The notes beneath the pieces are model-generated. The model ran no database searches. It was not told the DNA's origin and saw nothing but the letters and a program-made list of their open reading frames with translations. From assembly GCA_032718475.1 (NCBI GenBank), contig JAUCBJ010000461.1, positions 1-39,522 on the forward strand: a stretch of 39,522 nucleotides of DNA, in the 5' to 3' direction. The stretch comes from Nemertoderma westbladi (taxonomy: Eukaryota; Animalia; Xenacoelomorpha). This document shows positions 37,701-39,522 of this stretch, piece after piece. The first letter of the stretch is position 1. Each line of letters opens with the position of its first letter. A program made the translations under genes and the position numbers.

Positions 37701-39522
37701 CTATAACCAGTTGTATTCTCCCCTACCCTAAAAGGTGGCGATAGTGTGTATTTGTAAATTGGAATATCGAAATTTACTGTCTTATGTAACATAAAGTTAT
37801 ATTCACTCCCTGTTTTAACAACTCGCTATATATACAATCATTACCTAACTATGTATAAACACTAACCACTAGCCCCACCCACCACCCTATAATATATTTA
37901 AAGGCTTTGCGGATATCATCGCTTAATATTTTGGTGGTTCACCCAGCCATTGCATGGCTGGGTGAACAAATGATTTAAATTTCAAAGATAAATCTTAAAG
38001 TATGTCTGAAAATGTCCCCATAGACTTTGCTTATAATGTACGAATTACAATTTAATATAAAAATACTCTTATTCCATGCTTTAGGCCAAAGATCATAAAG
38101 ATCATGATCAAAGATCATAAAAATGACCCTTTTGGATAAATTGACTAAAATGGTTTATATCGTCCACTAGCGAACCCGTATCGACCAAAAAGTTTCGAAT
38201 TTTAAATCAAAGTCGCTCATTTTGCTTTTTCGGTATATTTTCACCTACTTCCCAAAGGTGGCGATTCGCCTCCGATATTCGACTTGGTGGTCGGGACCCC
38301 GATTTTACGAAAATCCATTTATCTCGGCTTCCGCTGGGTCTTTTCGAAAATTTAAAAAGTTGGCGAGCTCCTCTCGTTGTTTGCCATCGATTGGCACCGT
38401 TAATTTCGAGATTCGATTAATTAATTCGCTCTTAATTAGCGCTAATTGCTAATTACTGCATTTTTTAACGACTCGTTAATTTTCCTCTATATCTCGAGAA
38501 CTTCGTAATTTACGATCCCGGGACCGCTTCCGTTGGATAGAGCTCGAGCTTCCCGACCATATCTCTTGTACATGTTTTAACTTAAAACCGCTCCTTCCTG
38601 TAGTAATAGGCGAAAATAATATCGTCCAATCGGAAAGCTTCGTTGGCCCCGTAGACCCCCTAGAATTAATTTTTTTCAAATTTTTATCGGGTCCGTCTAG
38701 CATAATTCGGGGGTAAGGAACATTTTCTACTTTCAAACTTTTCACAAATTCCCACTCCTTCAGGTCGTATTTCGCCAAAGATCGTAAAGATCGTGTTCGA
38801 TCAGCTACCGATCGGCCCCTATAGGTCGAGTCGTTCCAAAAAAAGAATGAGCTGGACTAACATCTATACCCCCTACGCGTTCCCGTTGGCCGCTAGTCTC
38901 CATCTATAGCCAGTTTGGCTGTAGCTCGGCCGTAGCTTTTGGCGGGAAATTCAAATTTCTAAAACGTTCCATTGGGCCCAACTCGAAAACCGTCGGTCGG
39001 ATTCGCTCGAAATCAAAATTTAGAAAGTTAATAGGGGGTCTATCCACCTACTGGGATGGTCGGCTTCCCCCCTAAGCGCCCCCTTATACCCTAACTCGCC
39101 CAAGTATACCCCTTTCGGTACAATAGTCCCCGATTTTTAGCACTGGGTGAGGAGGTGGTAGTGGTTAGTGAGGGCTAAAGCCCTTTTCCGCCTTACGGCG
39201 GTTAAAAAAACATCCTCTATCATCCAGTGATGATAGTTTTTTTATCATTTATTTTTCATTAATTAGTATTTAATTGTTTTTTTTAGTAGGTAAATGCAGT
39301 TCTAGAATTAGTTTAAAGAGCTATAGTTATTGTTCTATTAGTCGAAGAAGTATCTCGTACATAGTTGTTCCGCTATATTCCCCATACATAGATACCAACT
39401 AATTGTATTCCTCCCCTACGCTACGCTAAAAGGTGGCGTTAGTGTATATTCGTAACTCTATAGATCTAAATTCATAGTCTTTTGTAACATAAAATTATAT
39501 CCCATTCCCTTTTTTAACAACT
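28776..39522. repeat. Tandem array of a ~1.72-1.75-kb non-coding unit (6 full copies plus 1 partial, running off the window)
   Basis: Units start at TCCAGTGAT at 28776, 30496, 32250, 34003, 35746, 37484 and 39223. The same short ORFs recur with this period. Confidence 0.97.

Noticed and set aside
29508-38778. Repeated 76-aa and 100-aa ORFs in the array
   Set aside because: TTG starts, no recognisable domain, and a premature stop in unit 1; recurrence simply reflects DNA identity.
28776-39522. 5S rRNA, snRNA, histone or hammerhead-ribozyme array
   Set aside because: No recognisable signatures; the GTGATGA at the unit start is not the hammerhead CTGATGA core and is not conserved in all copies.

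Overview
AT-rich animal (probably marine invertebrate; inference) genomic DNA, mostly non-coding and repeat-rich. The only host coding sequence I recognise is the ATG-containing exon of a neurocalcin/hippocalcin-type calcium sensor (minus strand, 1576-1419). Bases 2-28 kb are a transposon patchwork. It holds a full-length but decayed DD41D Tc1/mariner element, a 5'-truncated RTE-like LINE, several MITEs with resolvable TIRs/TSDs, and a 3.6-kb Foldback-like element with inverted 31-bp arrays. TA-N4-TA palindromes that resemble excision footprints are strongly over-represented there. From 28776 to the window end lies a head-to-tail array of a ~1.74-kb non-coding unit (6 full copies plus 1 partial). 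Each unit has a near-invariant CpG-rich core, conserved and covarying hairpins, a small hypervariable window and one of two alternative spacer types. It looks like a rolling-circle (Helitron/Helentron-like) concatemer or a structured-RNA array and is the most unusual feature. All comparisons were made by eye; no searches were run.
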